A DNA stretch of 64,000 bases from NCBI GenBank assembly GCA_964446685.1, contig CAYUPO010000001.1, forward strand, positions 38,912 through 102,911, written 5' to 3'. Below, in pieces: positions 18,721 to 28,134 of this stretch. Below the pieces are notes generated by a model, which worked only from the letters and a program-made list of their open reading frames with translations, was not told the origin of the DNA and made no database searches. The position numbers were made by a program, and so were the translations under genes. This DNA comes from an uncultured Gammaproteobacteria bacterium. GTDB lineage: Bacteria; Patescibacteriota; Microgenomatia; Daviesbacterales; UBA10151. Each line of letters begins with the position of its first letter. Position 1 is the stretch's first letter.

Positions 18721-20274
18721 ATGAAACATATCACTTTAGGGCGGATGCTCTTTTTTTATTTTCTGATAATTTACGCCTCTTTAAGTTATATCTTTGCTTT
18801 GGTGCTGGAAATTTATCATAACGATGCCATTTCCCGAACTGCTTTGGCTTTTTTTACAATTTTTGGCCGCGATCCTCATTTGGCGGCAATCGGTTTTGTC
18901 TGGCAACCATTACCAAGTTTGCTTCAAATCCCTTTTTTACTGCTGTTTAAATCAATCGGCTTAATGCTTTTGTCAGGACCCCTTGTGACCTCTCTTGCGG
19001 GAGCATTTTCAGTGGCAATCGTCTATAAAATTGGCCGGATCTTACTAAATAAGCAAAGCAAAATTTTGGCTTTAGTTGTGGCCATTTTATTTGGTCTAAA
19101 CCCGATGATTATTTTATATTCGATTGTTGGAACCAGTGAGATGATTTTTATGACCTGCCTACTGCTATCTTCTTATTATTTAATTCGCTATTTTTACCGG
19201 CATGATCAGGCCGGACTATTGCTGGCCAGTCTGGCCATGGCTGCTTCCTTTTGGTCACGCTATGAAGCTCTGCCGGCATTTGCCGGATCCGTCGGAGTAA
19301 TTAGTTTACACTTATTGATCCATAAAAATAATTTTAAAAAGATTGAATCCGTGGTTTTGCAATATAGTCTGCCATTTTTTTATTCAGTCTTAATCTGGAT
19401 ACTAGCTAACTGGCTGATTATGAAAGATCCGTTTTACTTTATGAACAGCCCGTACTCAAACGCTTCATTTACCACTATTTTTAAAAATAATCCTGGACTG
19501 TTGGGAAATTCTTATCAGTCACTGGTAAATAGTTTAATATTTGGTTTAGACCGTATTATTTACTTAGCTCCGGTTATTTTTCTGACACCATTAATAGGAA
19601 TTTATTTTATAAAAAAGGCTCATGAAAAACTGGAAGATTTATTGCTATTAGGATTTTTAACTTTTCCTTACCTTGCCATAATTTTTTTTCATGCCTATCA
19701 GTTGTATAAGGGTGAATCTTTTGGCTGGTTGAGATTTTTCATTTATGTTATTCCCTTAGGGGTCTTACTGTCATTTTATTTTATTCGGAAACATTGGCTT
19801 TTAGGGATCGCCACAATAGTGTTGTTAGGGGTAGGAATTTTCAGCAGTTGGTATGCAATTAACGATTCTTCCCTGGGCAGAGAAGAAAGATCGTTTGCTT
19901 TAAAACTGACCGATCCGATGGCTGAAGTTGATTTCTCCCGCACCTATCTTGATCAAAAAAAGGTGGCCCGTGAGATTGATAATTTGCCAGGCAAAGTGCT
20001 GATTGATACTGATAAGGGCTTTGCTGTTCCGATATTTTCCAAAGACCCAAACCGGTTTATTATTACCTCAGATATTGATTATCTGGATATTGTCAAAGAT
20101 TATCCAAACCAGGTCGACTGGGTGATAGTTCCTCAACCAGCTTCAGATGACAGAGGGCAAAATAAGATCTATGAATACTATCCAAAAATCTGGGAGGGGG
20201 ATGCTCCGTCAATAACCTTGCATCAACAGATTGAAGGTTGGAAAATTTATCAGGTCACAAAACCCCAGAGTTAA
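18721..20274 (+). CDS. GT-C fold glycosyltransferase (PMT/ArnT-like), paralog 3
   Basis: HNDAISR, GFVWQPLP, TSE, RYEA, GWLRFF. Confidence 0.78.
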   Translation: MKHITLGRMLFFYFLIIYASLSYIFALVLEIYHNDAISRTALAFFTIFGRDPHLAAIGFVWQPLPSLLQIPFLLLFKSIGLMLLSGPLVTSLAGAFSVAIVYKIGRILLNKQSKILALVVAILFGLNPMIILYSIVGTSEMIFMTCLLLSSYYLIRYFYRHDQAGLLLASLAMAASFWSRYEALPAFAGSVGVISLHLLIHKNNFKKIESVVLQYSLPFFYSVLIWILANWLIMKDPFYFMNSPYSNASFTTIFKNNPGLLGNSYQSLVNSLIFGLDRIIYLAPVIFLTPLIGIYFIKKAHEKLEDLLLLGFLTFPYLAIIFFHAYQLYKGESFGWLRFFIYVIPLGVLLSFYFIRKHWLLGIATIVLLGVGIFSSWYAINDSSLGREERSFALKLTDPMAEVDFSRTYLDQKKVAREIDNLPGKVLIDTDKGFAVPIFSKDPNRFIITSDIDYLDIVKDYPNQVDWVIVPQPASDDRGQNKIYEYYPKIWEGDAPSITLHQQIEGWKIYQVTKPQS

Positions 20275-20342
20275 ATCCATTCAGCTTGATCTTGTGTGGT
20301 ATATTTAATATTACATTTTTTAACACTAAGGATCCAAAAACA

Positions 20343-21440
20343 ATGTCAGATGAAATAGTCACTCAGTTAAAATACATTATTAAAAAAGCAATCCTACTCC
20401 AGTCCAAATTAAATCTGGGAACAAGTATGTTGACTCCCACTAATTTATTGGAGGAAAGGGAGAAATTTTTTGCTTCAGCAGATTATAATCCGGTGTTTGT
20501 TTATAAGAAAAAGAAATTAATGGTCACAGAAGATGATATTGAGCTACTTTTAACAGATTTAAATAACCTGGAAATTGATCAGGATTTAAAAGATTATTTT
20601 TTTAATGCAATTTATAAATTTAAGCTGGTAAAAAAAACAATTGAAGCAATTGGCACTGATAATTTCGCATCATTTTCTAGTCAGCTGTTTAATATCTCCC
20701 AGACTGAAATTGATACTCATCTGAATATGATTCCAGAGCTCAAGTTTAATGAACCATCAAAAAAAGAGTTATGGTCTGCTCTGACAATCAAAAACCATTT
20801 TGAGCAAATTATTATGGAGCGGTATGGTTTGGATGAGGTGAAGATATTACTTGATGAATTTAATCCATTTACCATCAGAGTCAGTAACCAGAAAGTGATA
20901 GTTGGCGGAAAGATTAAAAGGTACTCTCACAACGTTGAGCGTCTGACTGTACATGAAATTGAAAGCCATGTTCTAAGACGCCAGAGTCTGCTTCAGACAA
21001 AAAATGTTTTACACCGATTGTCTTCCTATGATCAGTCTATTTTATATTCGGAAGGACTGGCTGTTTATAACGAGATCACAACCGGAAAGATTACTGAATC
21101 AGCAATGAATATTTATATTAATAGGATGCAGTCTGTAAACCGGATTCATCTGAGTTTTAGAGAAATTTACAACTATCTGATCAATTTTCTTGAACCAAAA
21201 ATTGCCTTTATCATGACTTACCGGGTAAAAAGAGGGATGCGCGATACTTCACAGCCAGGCGGATTTAAAAAAGATGCCTATTATCTGATGGGATATTTTA
21301 GAGTGAAAGAGTTTGTTGATAAAGGTGGAGATATTAAAGATTTATACCGATTTGCATTACCGGAGCTAATTACTTTACTCCGAAAACATAATCTCGCGAG
21401 TACAAAATATACAATTTTGCCCCGCTTTCTTAGTTCATAA
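20343..21440 (+). CDS. DUF1704 / MATCAP-like zinc carboxypeptidase (HExxxH, EGLA)
   Basis: HEIESH, SEGLA, RVKRG, KDAYYLMG; start reassigned to ATG 20343. Confidence 0.85.
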   Translation: MSDEIVTQLKYIIKKAILLQSKLNLGTSMLTPTNLLEEREKFFASADYNPVFVYKKKKLMVTEDDIELLLTDLNNLEIDQDLKDYFFNAIYKFKLVKKTIEAIGTDNFASFSSQLFNISQTEIDTHLNMIPELKFNEPSKKELWSALTIKNHFEQIIMERYGLDEVKILLDEFNPFTIRVSNQKVIVGGKIKRYSHNVERLTVHEIESHVLRRQSLLQTKNVLHRLSSYDQSILYSEGLAVYNEITTGKITESAMNIYINRMQSVNRIHLSFREIYNYLINFLEPKIAFIMTYRVKRGMRDTSQPGGFKKDAYYLMGYFRVKEFVDKGGDIKDLYRFALPELITLLRKHNLASTKYTILPRFLSS

Positions 21441-21467
21441 ATTATTATCTAAGTTAACTGTTTGATT

Positions 21468-21761
21468 TGTCATGTCGAGCCCTTCGACTTCGCTCAGGAC
21501 AGGCGAGGAGCGACCCGTCCACATCGCTTCACGAAGTGATGCGGGTGGAGAGATCTAATTATTAAAAACTGGTTAGTTCTTTGTAAGTCTTGAGATTTCT
21601 CACTTCGTTCGAAATGACAGAAAAATAGATTTTGGCGACCCCTTCTGTCATCTCGAGTCCTTCGACTTCGTTCAGGGCCTGAATGACAGAATAAAGCAGA
21701 TTTTGACAACTCCTTCTGTCATCTCGAGCGAGGAGCGAGAGATCTCTAGATTAAAACTAAG
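21468..21761. repeat. Nested REP-like palindromic repeat cluster
   Basis: Several TGTCATYTCGAG...GAGATCT units, with CCTTCGACTTCG(C/T)TCAGG and CATCGCTT-CACG-AAGTGATG hairpins inserted. Confidence 0.85.
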
Positions 21762-21798
21762 GTTATTAATATTTATGCTGGGTCAACTTCTGATTCTT

Positions 21799-22653
21799 TC
21801 ATTTAATAGCAGCTTCTATAACTAATCTTCCTAAGTCTATTCCGCTAATCTCTTTAAACCTATTAAACTGTGGACTTAAATTGGCTTCTAGAAAATAATA
21901 TTTGCCTGACTGAGTCAGTATTACATCCACTCCCAGAAAATCAGCCCCCAAATATTCACTCAGTTTTAGACAATCTTTTATAATCTGTGGATTTTCTATC
22001 CTAAAAAGCTTATCGACCTTGACTGATAATCTGTTGTTACCTCTGATTGATGGCTTTCTGGTGACAGCACCAATAATTTTTTGATTTAAAATATTAATCC
22101 GGATATCTGTCTTAAAATCTATTTTTTTCTGAAATATAAACTTATTAATTCTGTTTTTGGTTTTGGTAAATACATCATCTGAAGAACCTACCAAAAAATT
22201 GCCTTTGGAACGGCTGCTAATTCTTTTTTTTACAACCAAAGGATAACTGACTTTGTTTTCCTGGAAATGATGTTTATTCTGAAAAAAATAAGTCATTGGA
22301 GTTGGGATTTTAAGAACATCAAAAATTTGTGACTGAAACAGTTTATCTTCATAAAAAGGTGAAAGTGTCGATAAAACATTTTTATCTAAAACTATATTTT
22401 TGGCAAATCTAATAAATAATATTTTAACCCAGTAATTAAAATCCATTAAATTTACTGCATCCCACGGCCAGCGAATCAGTATTTTATCTTTCAAACCGAC
22501 TTTCAGTAACTGGTGATTTACAAAGATTTGATTATCCTCAAGATGCAGATGAGAAAAATAGATTACTTTAGTTTCAACTTCAACATCTTTTGCTCCAGAT
22601 AAAAGCAGTGGTAATGAAAGATCTTTATGAGTAGTGAAAATATATAAAACCAT
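21799..22653 (-). CDS. RimK-like ATP-grasp ligase
   Basis: DKLFQ, IPTPMTY, YPLVVK..SSRSKG, FQKKI..DIRI, GVDVI, LEANLSPQF. Confidence 0.85.
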   Translation of the reverse strand: MVLYIFTTHKDLSLPLLLSGAKDVEVETKVIYFSHLHLEDNQIFVNHQLLKVGLKDKILIRWPWDAVNLMDFNYWVKILFIRFAKNIVLDKNVLSTLSPFYEDKLFQSQIFDVLKIPTPMTYFFQNKHHFQENKVSYPLVVKKRISSRSKGNFLVGSSDDVFTKTKNRINKFIFQKKIDFKTDIRINILNQKIIGAVTRKPSIRGNNRLSVKVDKLFRIENPQIIKDCLKLSEYLGADFLGVDVILTQSGKYYFLEANLSPQFNRFKEISGIDLGRLVIEAAIK

Positions 22654-22708
22654 ATTAGTCTAAATCTTTACCTGATTATACATCCAAAGTAAACAGCTTA
22701 GTCTGGAA

Positions 22709-22743
22709 GATTTATGATTTTTGATTTTTGATTTATGATTTAA
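22709..22743. repeat. GATTT(A/T)T heptamer x5
   Basis: Tandem units overlapping the stop codon of the peptidase gene. Confidence 0.7.
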
Positions 22744-23848
22744 GGTATTTGTTAAAAAAAGAGATCGTGTTTTGCATGGCAGAGTTAAAACTTGTTCCGG
22801 AAATATTGTGTCCGCCATCAAGGTATTCATGTAATTCATGTGGAACGTCTGTCTGGTCTAAAAGTTTATTTAAATTACGACTGTATTCGATAGAGACCAC
22901 ATCATCATTCACTGCATGATTTAACTGAATTGCGCCTTTTAGATCTGTTAAATAATTTGCCGGAGCTACCTGTTTCCAAAACCAACTATCGGACGTAGGA
23001 TCTCCATAAAGTTGTCTTAGCTGCTGTCTTTTTCTTTGTCTTTCAGTATCAGAGGGCTGAGGCTGATAACTTGAATCCTGGATTCCATATTGCTGCATAT
23101 CAGTATAGGTATAAACAGCCCCTGCCCAAATTACGGCTGCCGGTATCTCTGGCATAGCCGCCATCGATCGTAAAGCGACATTCCCAGCCATACTATGCCC
23201 CCATAAACCAATTTTTTGTTTATTCACAAAATCAGCTGACTGCAGAGCTTTATAAGCATTTAAAGTATCTGTGACATAATCCCCGGAATAATAGCCCCCT
23301 CCTGGTTCACCTTCTGAGTTACCATGACCTCTTAAATCAATTTTAAAAACTACAAAGCCACTTCTGGCCAGGGATGCTACATGATCCAAATATCTGGTTT
23401 GAGTCTGATACTGATTTGGTGGAATATAACCATGTATAAAAACGATAGCCGGAAATCCCTCCTCAGGTTTTTCTCCATCAGGAATAGTTAATAAGCCATT
23501 TACTTTCAATCCGTCTGAAGAAAAACTGCTGAGATATGATGTGTAGTTGCCGTTATCAGTAATTTTTTGAAGTTCCCCCAGTGAGCTCTGATAGTTTTTT
23601 TGCCGCAGATAAGGCACTGTCAGCTCTTGGAATGGAAATGGAGTGGCTGATGGAGATATCTTCTCATTGCCCTGCTGAATGGCTGAAGCTAGTTCAGCCT
23701 TGGGAGAGGCCGATTTTGAAACTAACAAGGCAATCATGATCGCACTGACAATCAGTAAAACACAGATTATTCCTCCAATAATCAGTTTTTTATGGCTCGG
23801 GTTTGAGGATGGGAGAGTATCGGGAATCATTTCCGGAGAATTTGGCAT
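22733..23848 (-). CDS. Membrane-anchored alpha/beta-hydrolase (S9 peptidase-like)
   Basis: FIHGY, GHSMAG nucleophile, DDVV, GGHN. Confidence 0.88.
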   Translation of the reverse strand: MPNSPEMIPDTLPSSNPSHKKLIIGGIICVLLIVSAIMIALLVSKSASPKAELASAIQQGNEKISPSATPFPFQELTVPYLRQKNYQSSLGELQKITDNGNYTSYLSSFSSDGLKVNGLLTIPDGEKPEEGFPAIVFIHGYIPPNQYQTQTRYLDHVASLARSGFVVFKIDLRGHGNSEGEPGGGYYSGDYVTDTLNAYKALQSADFVNKQKIGLWGHSMAGNVALRSMAAMPEIPAAVIWAGAVYTYTDMQQYGIQDSSYQPQPSDTERQRKRQQLRQLYGDPTSDSWFWKQVAPANYLTDLKGAIQLNHAVNDDVVSIEYSRNLNKLLDQTDVPHELHEYLDGGHNISGTSFNSAMQNTISFFNKYLKS

Positions 23849-23919
23849 GGGTAATAGTGTAATACATCAATGTAAATTTTCCAACCAATATCCCTCTTTT
23901 TTTTGGTTATAATGAAACA

Positions 23920-25404
23920 ATGTCGACCCTTTTTAAAGCTTCCCTGTTGCTGACTTTTTTCTTTGGCATCAATAAACTAGTCGCTCTGGGAAGGCAAGCC
24001 TTAATTGCTAAACAGTTCGGATTCTCACCAGAGATAGACGCCTTTAATGTTGCCAATAACGTACCAGATCTACTTTTTTCACTGATTACTGGTGGAGCAC
24101 TGGCTGTGGCATTTATTCCGGTTTTATCTGATTATCTGGAAAAAAGAGGCTATACACATGCCTGGAGGCTCTTTTCAATTGTGGCCAACTTAGTTTTCCT
24201 AACTACTGCAGTACTTTCTGTGATCGTGGCTATTTTTGCTCATAATCTGGTAACTTCTCAGTTTGGTATTGCTCCCGGTTTTACTACAGAGCAGCAAAAT
24301 CTGGCAACTCAGCTGATGAGATACAACTTAATCGCCACTTTAATTTTTTCCCTGAGTGGATTGGTGATGGCCGGACTTCAGGCACATAAACATTTTTTGC
24401 TCCCGGCAATCGCTCCTATTTTATACAACCTAGGACTTATTTTTGGGGCGGTTTTTCTGGTGCCTTACTTTGGCGTTTTTGGATTGGTTTACGGAGTGAT
24501 AATTGGTGCAGTTTTGCATCTGGTTGTTCAACTCCCTGGTCTTTGGTATTACAAGTTTAAATGGTCTGCTTCGCTGGATTTAAAAGAACCAGGTGTCAGA
24601 CAAACTTTGTTACTGATGGGACCGCGAATTTTGACTGTTTTATTTATTCAGGTTATTTTTCTGGCACGGGACAACTTCGCATCCCGTCTGGCAGAAGGCT
24701 CTGTAACAGCACTGACTTATGGATACTTTATAATGCAGGTTCCTGAAACACTGATAGGTACAGCCATCGCCACTGCTCTTTTGCCTACACTTTCAACACT
24801 GGTGGCTGAAGATAAAAAAGCCGAATTTTCCCAACTGATGAACCGGGCAATTAATGTGATTTTGGCAATCACCGTACTCACCGCCACAATTTTATCAGTC
24901 AGTCTGGAATATCTTTTAGAACCGGTTTTTGGTTTTAATCCCAGCCAAACCGGATTACTGGTCTGGACAACCAGAGCTTATCTTCTGGGGCTGCTGGGCC
25001 AATGTATACTAGAAGTAATCACCAGAGCTTTTTATTCACAGAAAAATGCTCGTACTCCACTGATTGCAACCTGCATCAGAATGATTGCTTTTCTGGGACT
25101 TGCAGTGCTTCTAGTCTCCCCACTCAATGCAGTAGGTCTGGCCTTGGCTGATTCACTAACTATTACTCTGGAAGTAGCGATTTTGCTTTATCTAATGAAA
25201 AGGTCATCACCGGAATTTTTCAGACCGTATAAAACAATAATCCACTTAACACTTGCTTCGGTAGCCAGCGGGGCTATTATTTACGGACTAATTTACCTGT
25301 CCCCCTTGCCCATACTGGCAACAGTTATTATTGGAATGATTATTGGAGGCTTGGCAGGACTATGGTTTATAAGGCAGGAAATAAAAGTCTTGTTAAAACT
25401 TTAA
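23920..25404 (+). CDS. murJ: Lipid II flippase MurJ
   Basis: DAFNVANNVPD, GGALAVAFIPV, ALLPTLS, RAFYS..TP. Confidence 0.92.
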   Translation: MSTLFKASLLLTFFFGINKLVALGRQALIAKQFGFSPEIDAFNVANNVPDLLFSLITGGALAVAFIPVLSDYLEKRGYTHAWRLFSIVANLVFLTTAVLSVIVAIFAHNLVTSQFGIAPGFTTEQQNLATQLMRYNLIATLIFSLSGLVMAGLQAHKHFLLPAIAPILYNLGLIFGAVFLVPYFGVFGLVYGVIIGAVLHLVVQLPGLWYYKFKWSASLDLKEPGVRQTLLLMGPRILTVLFIQVIFLARDNFASRLAEGSVTALTYGYFIMQVPETLIGTAIATALLPTLSTLVAEDKKAEFSQLMNRAINVILAITVLTATILSVSLEYLLEPVFGFNPSQTGLLVWTTRAYLLGLLGQCILEVITRAFYSQKNARTPLIATCIRMIAFLGLAVLLVSPLNAVGLALADSLTITLEVAILLYLMKRSSPEFFRPYKTIIHLTLASVASGAIIYGLIYLSPLPILATVIIGMIIGGLAGLWFIRQEIKVLLKL

Positions 25405-25409
25405 ATGAT

Positions 25410-25441
25410 TTTAGTCTTTAGTCTTTAGTCTTTAGTCTTTA
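25410..25441. repeat. TTTAGTC heptamer x4 between convergent genes
   Basis: Tandem array read directly from the sequence. Confidence 0.75.
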
Positions 25442-25922
25442 TTCGGGTTATTATAATAGTTTCTCTTTTTGATCTATCATCTCTGTCATTTCTAAGATTA
25501 ATCCTGCGACGATCATGTTCTAAAGCCCGATCAAAATAACCTCGATCTGGAAAGACATGATGCACAGTATGAAGAGTTTCCTGAATACGATCTAAGTCTT
25601 CAGTAGTTCGATCATTTCGAGCACACCAAGTCCAGCGAGCTATCAAAGCACCTTCCGAAGCTAATGCAACTGCCATTACTCCAAGGGCCGGTTCACGATA
25701 ACCGGCTGCTGCGGTTAAAACTGATGCAGCAATCCCTCCAAAAAAACCGGTCTGTAAAGCAGGGTATAACCATTTATTAAGCCTCAAAGAGCCTCTGATT
25801 TCTGCTTCATCAGCCAATAAGGCTTGTTTATGTGCTTCACGACGATCAGCCCCTCTTTGGGCACTAGCCAATCTTGCTTTCTTGATGTTAGATGGAAGTG
25901 ATGGTTTTTCACGGCGCGGCAT
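25425..25922 (-). CDS. Hypothetical 2-TM protein
   Basis: 165 aa; two hydrophobic segments; TATAAT 6 nt upstream of ATG. Confidence 0.6.
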   Translation of the reverse strand: MPRREKPSLPSNIKKARLASAQRGADRREAHKQALLADEAEIRGSLRLNKWLYPALQTGFFGGIAASVLTAAAGYREPALGVMAVALASEGALIARWTWCARNDRTTEDLDRIQETLHTVHHVFPDRGYFDRALEHDRRRINLRNDRDDRSKRETIIITRIKTKD

Positions 25923-25996
25923 TCTAGTATTATAATCAACACTAATTGTAAGTCAAGCATAGATTAGATTGCCAGTATAGGAATTACTGGATGTCC

Positions 25997-27241
25997 TTAT
26001 TTTTTAAAGACTTCATCTTGTGTATGATTGTGATAATTGCGCAGTTGAGGGACTTTCCACCAGATGAAGAGTGTGGCGAAGACTGTGGCTATGCCTCCGG
26101 ATACAACGGAAAATGGAGCTCCGAGGAAATGGGCGACAAAGCCGGCTTCTGTTTCGCCGATCATTGGGCCACCTTGGATAAATAAGGTGTTTACAGCCAG
26201 CATTCTGCCTCTTAAATGATCCGGTGTGATCATCTGGCGGATAGTATTTCGAAGGACTGTAGAAATCATATCGCCTACACCTACTAAACTAAGCAGTATC
26301 ATGGCCAAATAAAAAGAATTGGTCAATCCAAACAAAGCAGTGGCAGCGCCATATAAAATTACCGAGCTTAAAATAATCTTTCCCTGATTTCTGATAGTTC
26401 CAAGAGATGCCATGACTAAGCCAGCGATGATTGATCCCAATGCCGGTGCTGCGTATAAAAAGCCTAAACCCTGAGGGCCAACAGCAAAGATGTCTTTGGC
26501 AAAAATTGGTAAAAGCGTGGTAGCGGATGAGAAAAAATTGGCGATAAAATCCAGCAGCATGGTGTAAAAAAGGATTGGATTTGTCCAGACAAAATGAATT
26601 CCATCCCACATTGATTTAAAGGAATATGAGATCTCATGAGCTTTATCATGCATCATTATTTTCAGTGGTGCTAAAGTTGCAATATATAGTACAAATGAAA
26701 CAGTATTTAAGAAATAAATACTGCCGACATCCCAGTACTGGATCATGAATCCGGCGATAGCAGGACCAATTACCAGCGAAAGCTGGCGACTGATTGTTTG
26801 TAAACTAAAAGCATTTATTAAATAATCTTTTGGCACCAACTGAGGAATGATTGCTTGGCGAGTAGGACCTTGGAAAGACCTGGCGGCAAATGTTAAAAAT
26901 ACCACCAGATAAATCATCCAAGGCTGAGTAGCCCCGTTAAACGTTGTAATTGCAAGCAATAAGGAAAATAAACAGGGTAATAACTGAGAGATCATCAGCA
27001 GTTTTTTTCGATCCCATTTATCAGCCAGCAATCCGGCTGGCAGGGCAAAAATAATTACTCCCAGAAATCCGGCCAGACCAATTAATCCAAGAGAAACTGC
27101 AGAATTAGTTAACTCATAGATCTGCCAATTGATAGCCACCAGCTGCATCTGAGAACCTATTTCAGACAGAACTGTGCCAGTGTAATACAGCCGAAACTCA
27201 GGAAACCGCAAAGAAGCAAAAGCTTTTAACTTATGAAGCAT
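25997..27241 (-). CDS. MFS transporter (EntS/DHA3-like)
   Basis: 12 TM; GLLADKWDRK, TPDHLRGR. Confidence 0.92.
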   Translation of the reverse strand: MLHKLKAFASLRFPEFRLYYTGTVLSEIGSQMQLVAINWQIYELTNSAVSLGLIGLAGFLGVIIFALPAGLLADKWDRKKLLMISQLLPCLFSLLLAITTFNGATQPWMIYLVVFLTFAARSFQGPTRQAIIPQLVPKDYLINAFSLQTISRQLSLVIGPAIAGFMIQYWDVGSIYFLNTVSFVLYIATLAPLKIMMHDKAHEISYSFKSMWDGIHFVWTNPILFYTMLLDFIANFFSSATTLLPIFAKDIFAVGPQGLGFLYAAPALGSIIAGLVMASLGTIRNQGKIILSSVILYGAATALFGLTNSFYLAMILLSLVGVGDMISTVLRNTIRQMITPDHLRGRMLAVNTLFIQGGPMIGETEAGFVAHFLGAPFSVVSGGIATVFATLFIWWKVPQLRNYHNHTQDEVFKK

Positions 27242-27260
27242 AAAGATAATTATACTTAAA

Positions 27261-27381
27261 AAATTTCTAATTACTAATTTCTAATTAACCTAAATAAATC
27301 CAAATGACTAATAAACCACCTTTTTAGACATTTATGATTTAGACCTTATTTAGGAATTAGTATTTAGGGTACTTAGAAATT
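27261..27381. repeat. Heptamer-periodic inverted-repeat element
   Basis: Same left end AATTTCTAATTACTAATTTCTAA as the copy at 3291; right end TTAGAAATT. Confidence 0.75.
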
Positions 27382-27391
27382 CTTAAAGCTT

Positions 27392-28054
27392 TCAGCAAGA
27401 CAGGGCTTTTTTGCATTGGTCTTTGGCTCCGCCGGGGAGTTTGTCACAGGCCCCACATTGGGCGGCTTTAAGATCTATAGTGCCGGAGTTTGTGGCTTTA
27501 GTCATATTTTGGTTTAGACTGCCCATATCCTGAAACTGAATATTCTGGGGCAGGGTGAATTTGCTGCTTTCAACTGCCTCTGACTGACATTCGACATTAA
27601 ATTCCCGGTTAAGATCTATTGCACCTGAGGAAGATGCTCCTATCTGCTGTGAGATATTTTCAATTGAAACTTTGTAACCCTGACTTTGTCCATCCATCCA
27701 GACATAAGAGCTGTCACCCTGAACAATCATATGAGAAGTAGTAGATTTACCATTTACAGATGTTGAAAAATCCCCTTTCATCTGACCATCTGAAACATAT
27801 GTTGTACCAGTGACACTGCCATCAGCAAATGTGCATTTTTGACTGACACCGTTTCGCCAAAGATCTTTTAGAGAAGTCTGTTGGTTTTGATTGGCTGAAG
27901 GAGCAAGACTGGCTGATGCAGAAGCAGTTATTTCAGTTGAAACACTTTCTTTAATTGGTGCAGAAAATACGTTATTTTTGACCCAGGAAATACCAGCTCC
28001 CGAAAGGGCAAGAGAAATTATAATAAATACACCAATCAAAACTTTATTAGTCAT
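27392..28054 (-). CDS. Secreted/anchored hypothetical protein with C-terminal Cys motif
   Basis: Signal/TM segment, Ser/Ala linker, CGACDKLP..QCKKALSC. Confidence 0.75.
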   Translation of the reverse strand: MTNKVLIGVFIIISLALSGAGISWVKNNVFSAPIKESVSTEITASASASLAPSANQNQQTSLKDLWRNGVSQKCTFADGSVTGTTYVSDGQMKGDFSTSVNGKSTTSHMIVQGDSSYVWMDGQSQGYKVSIENISQQIGASSSGAIDLNREFNVECQSEAVESSKFTLPQNIQFQDMGSLNQNMTKATNSGTIDLKAAQCGACDKLPGGAKDQCKKALSC

Positions 28055-28134
28055 GAGTAGAGTAGTATACAGGTATTCTAGCTAAAGTAAATGAATAATT
28101 GGGTAAGAAAATACAGTTCTCTTACATTAAAAAA

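Noticed and set aside
21494-21709. 71-aa ORF
   Set aside because: It is a translation of the palindromic repeats (CHSGPERSRR, CHFERSEKS).
21468-21761. CRISPR array
   Set aside because: Units are inverted, nested and irregularly spaced, with no constant repeat-spacer period and no cas genes.
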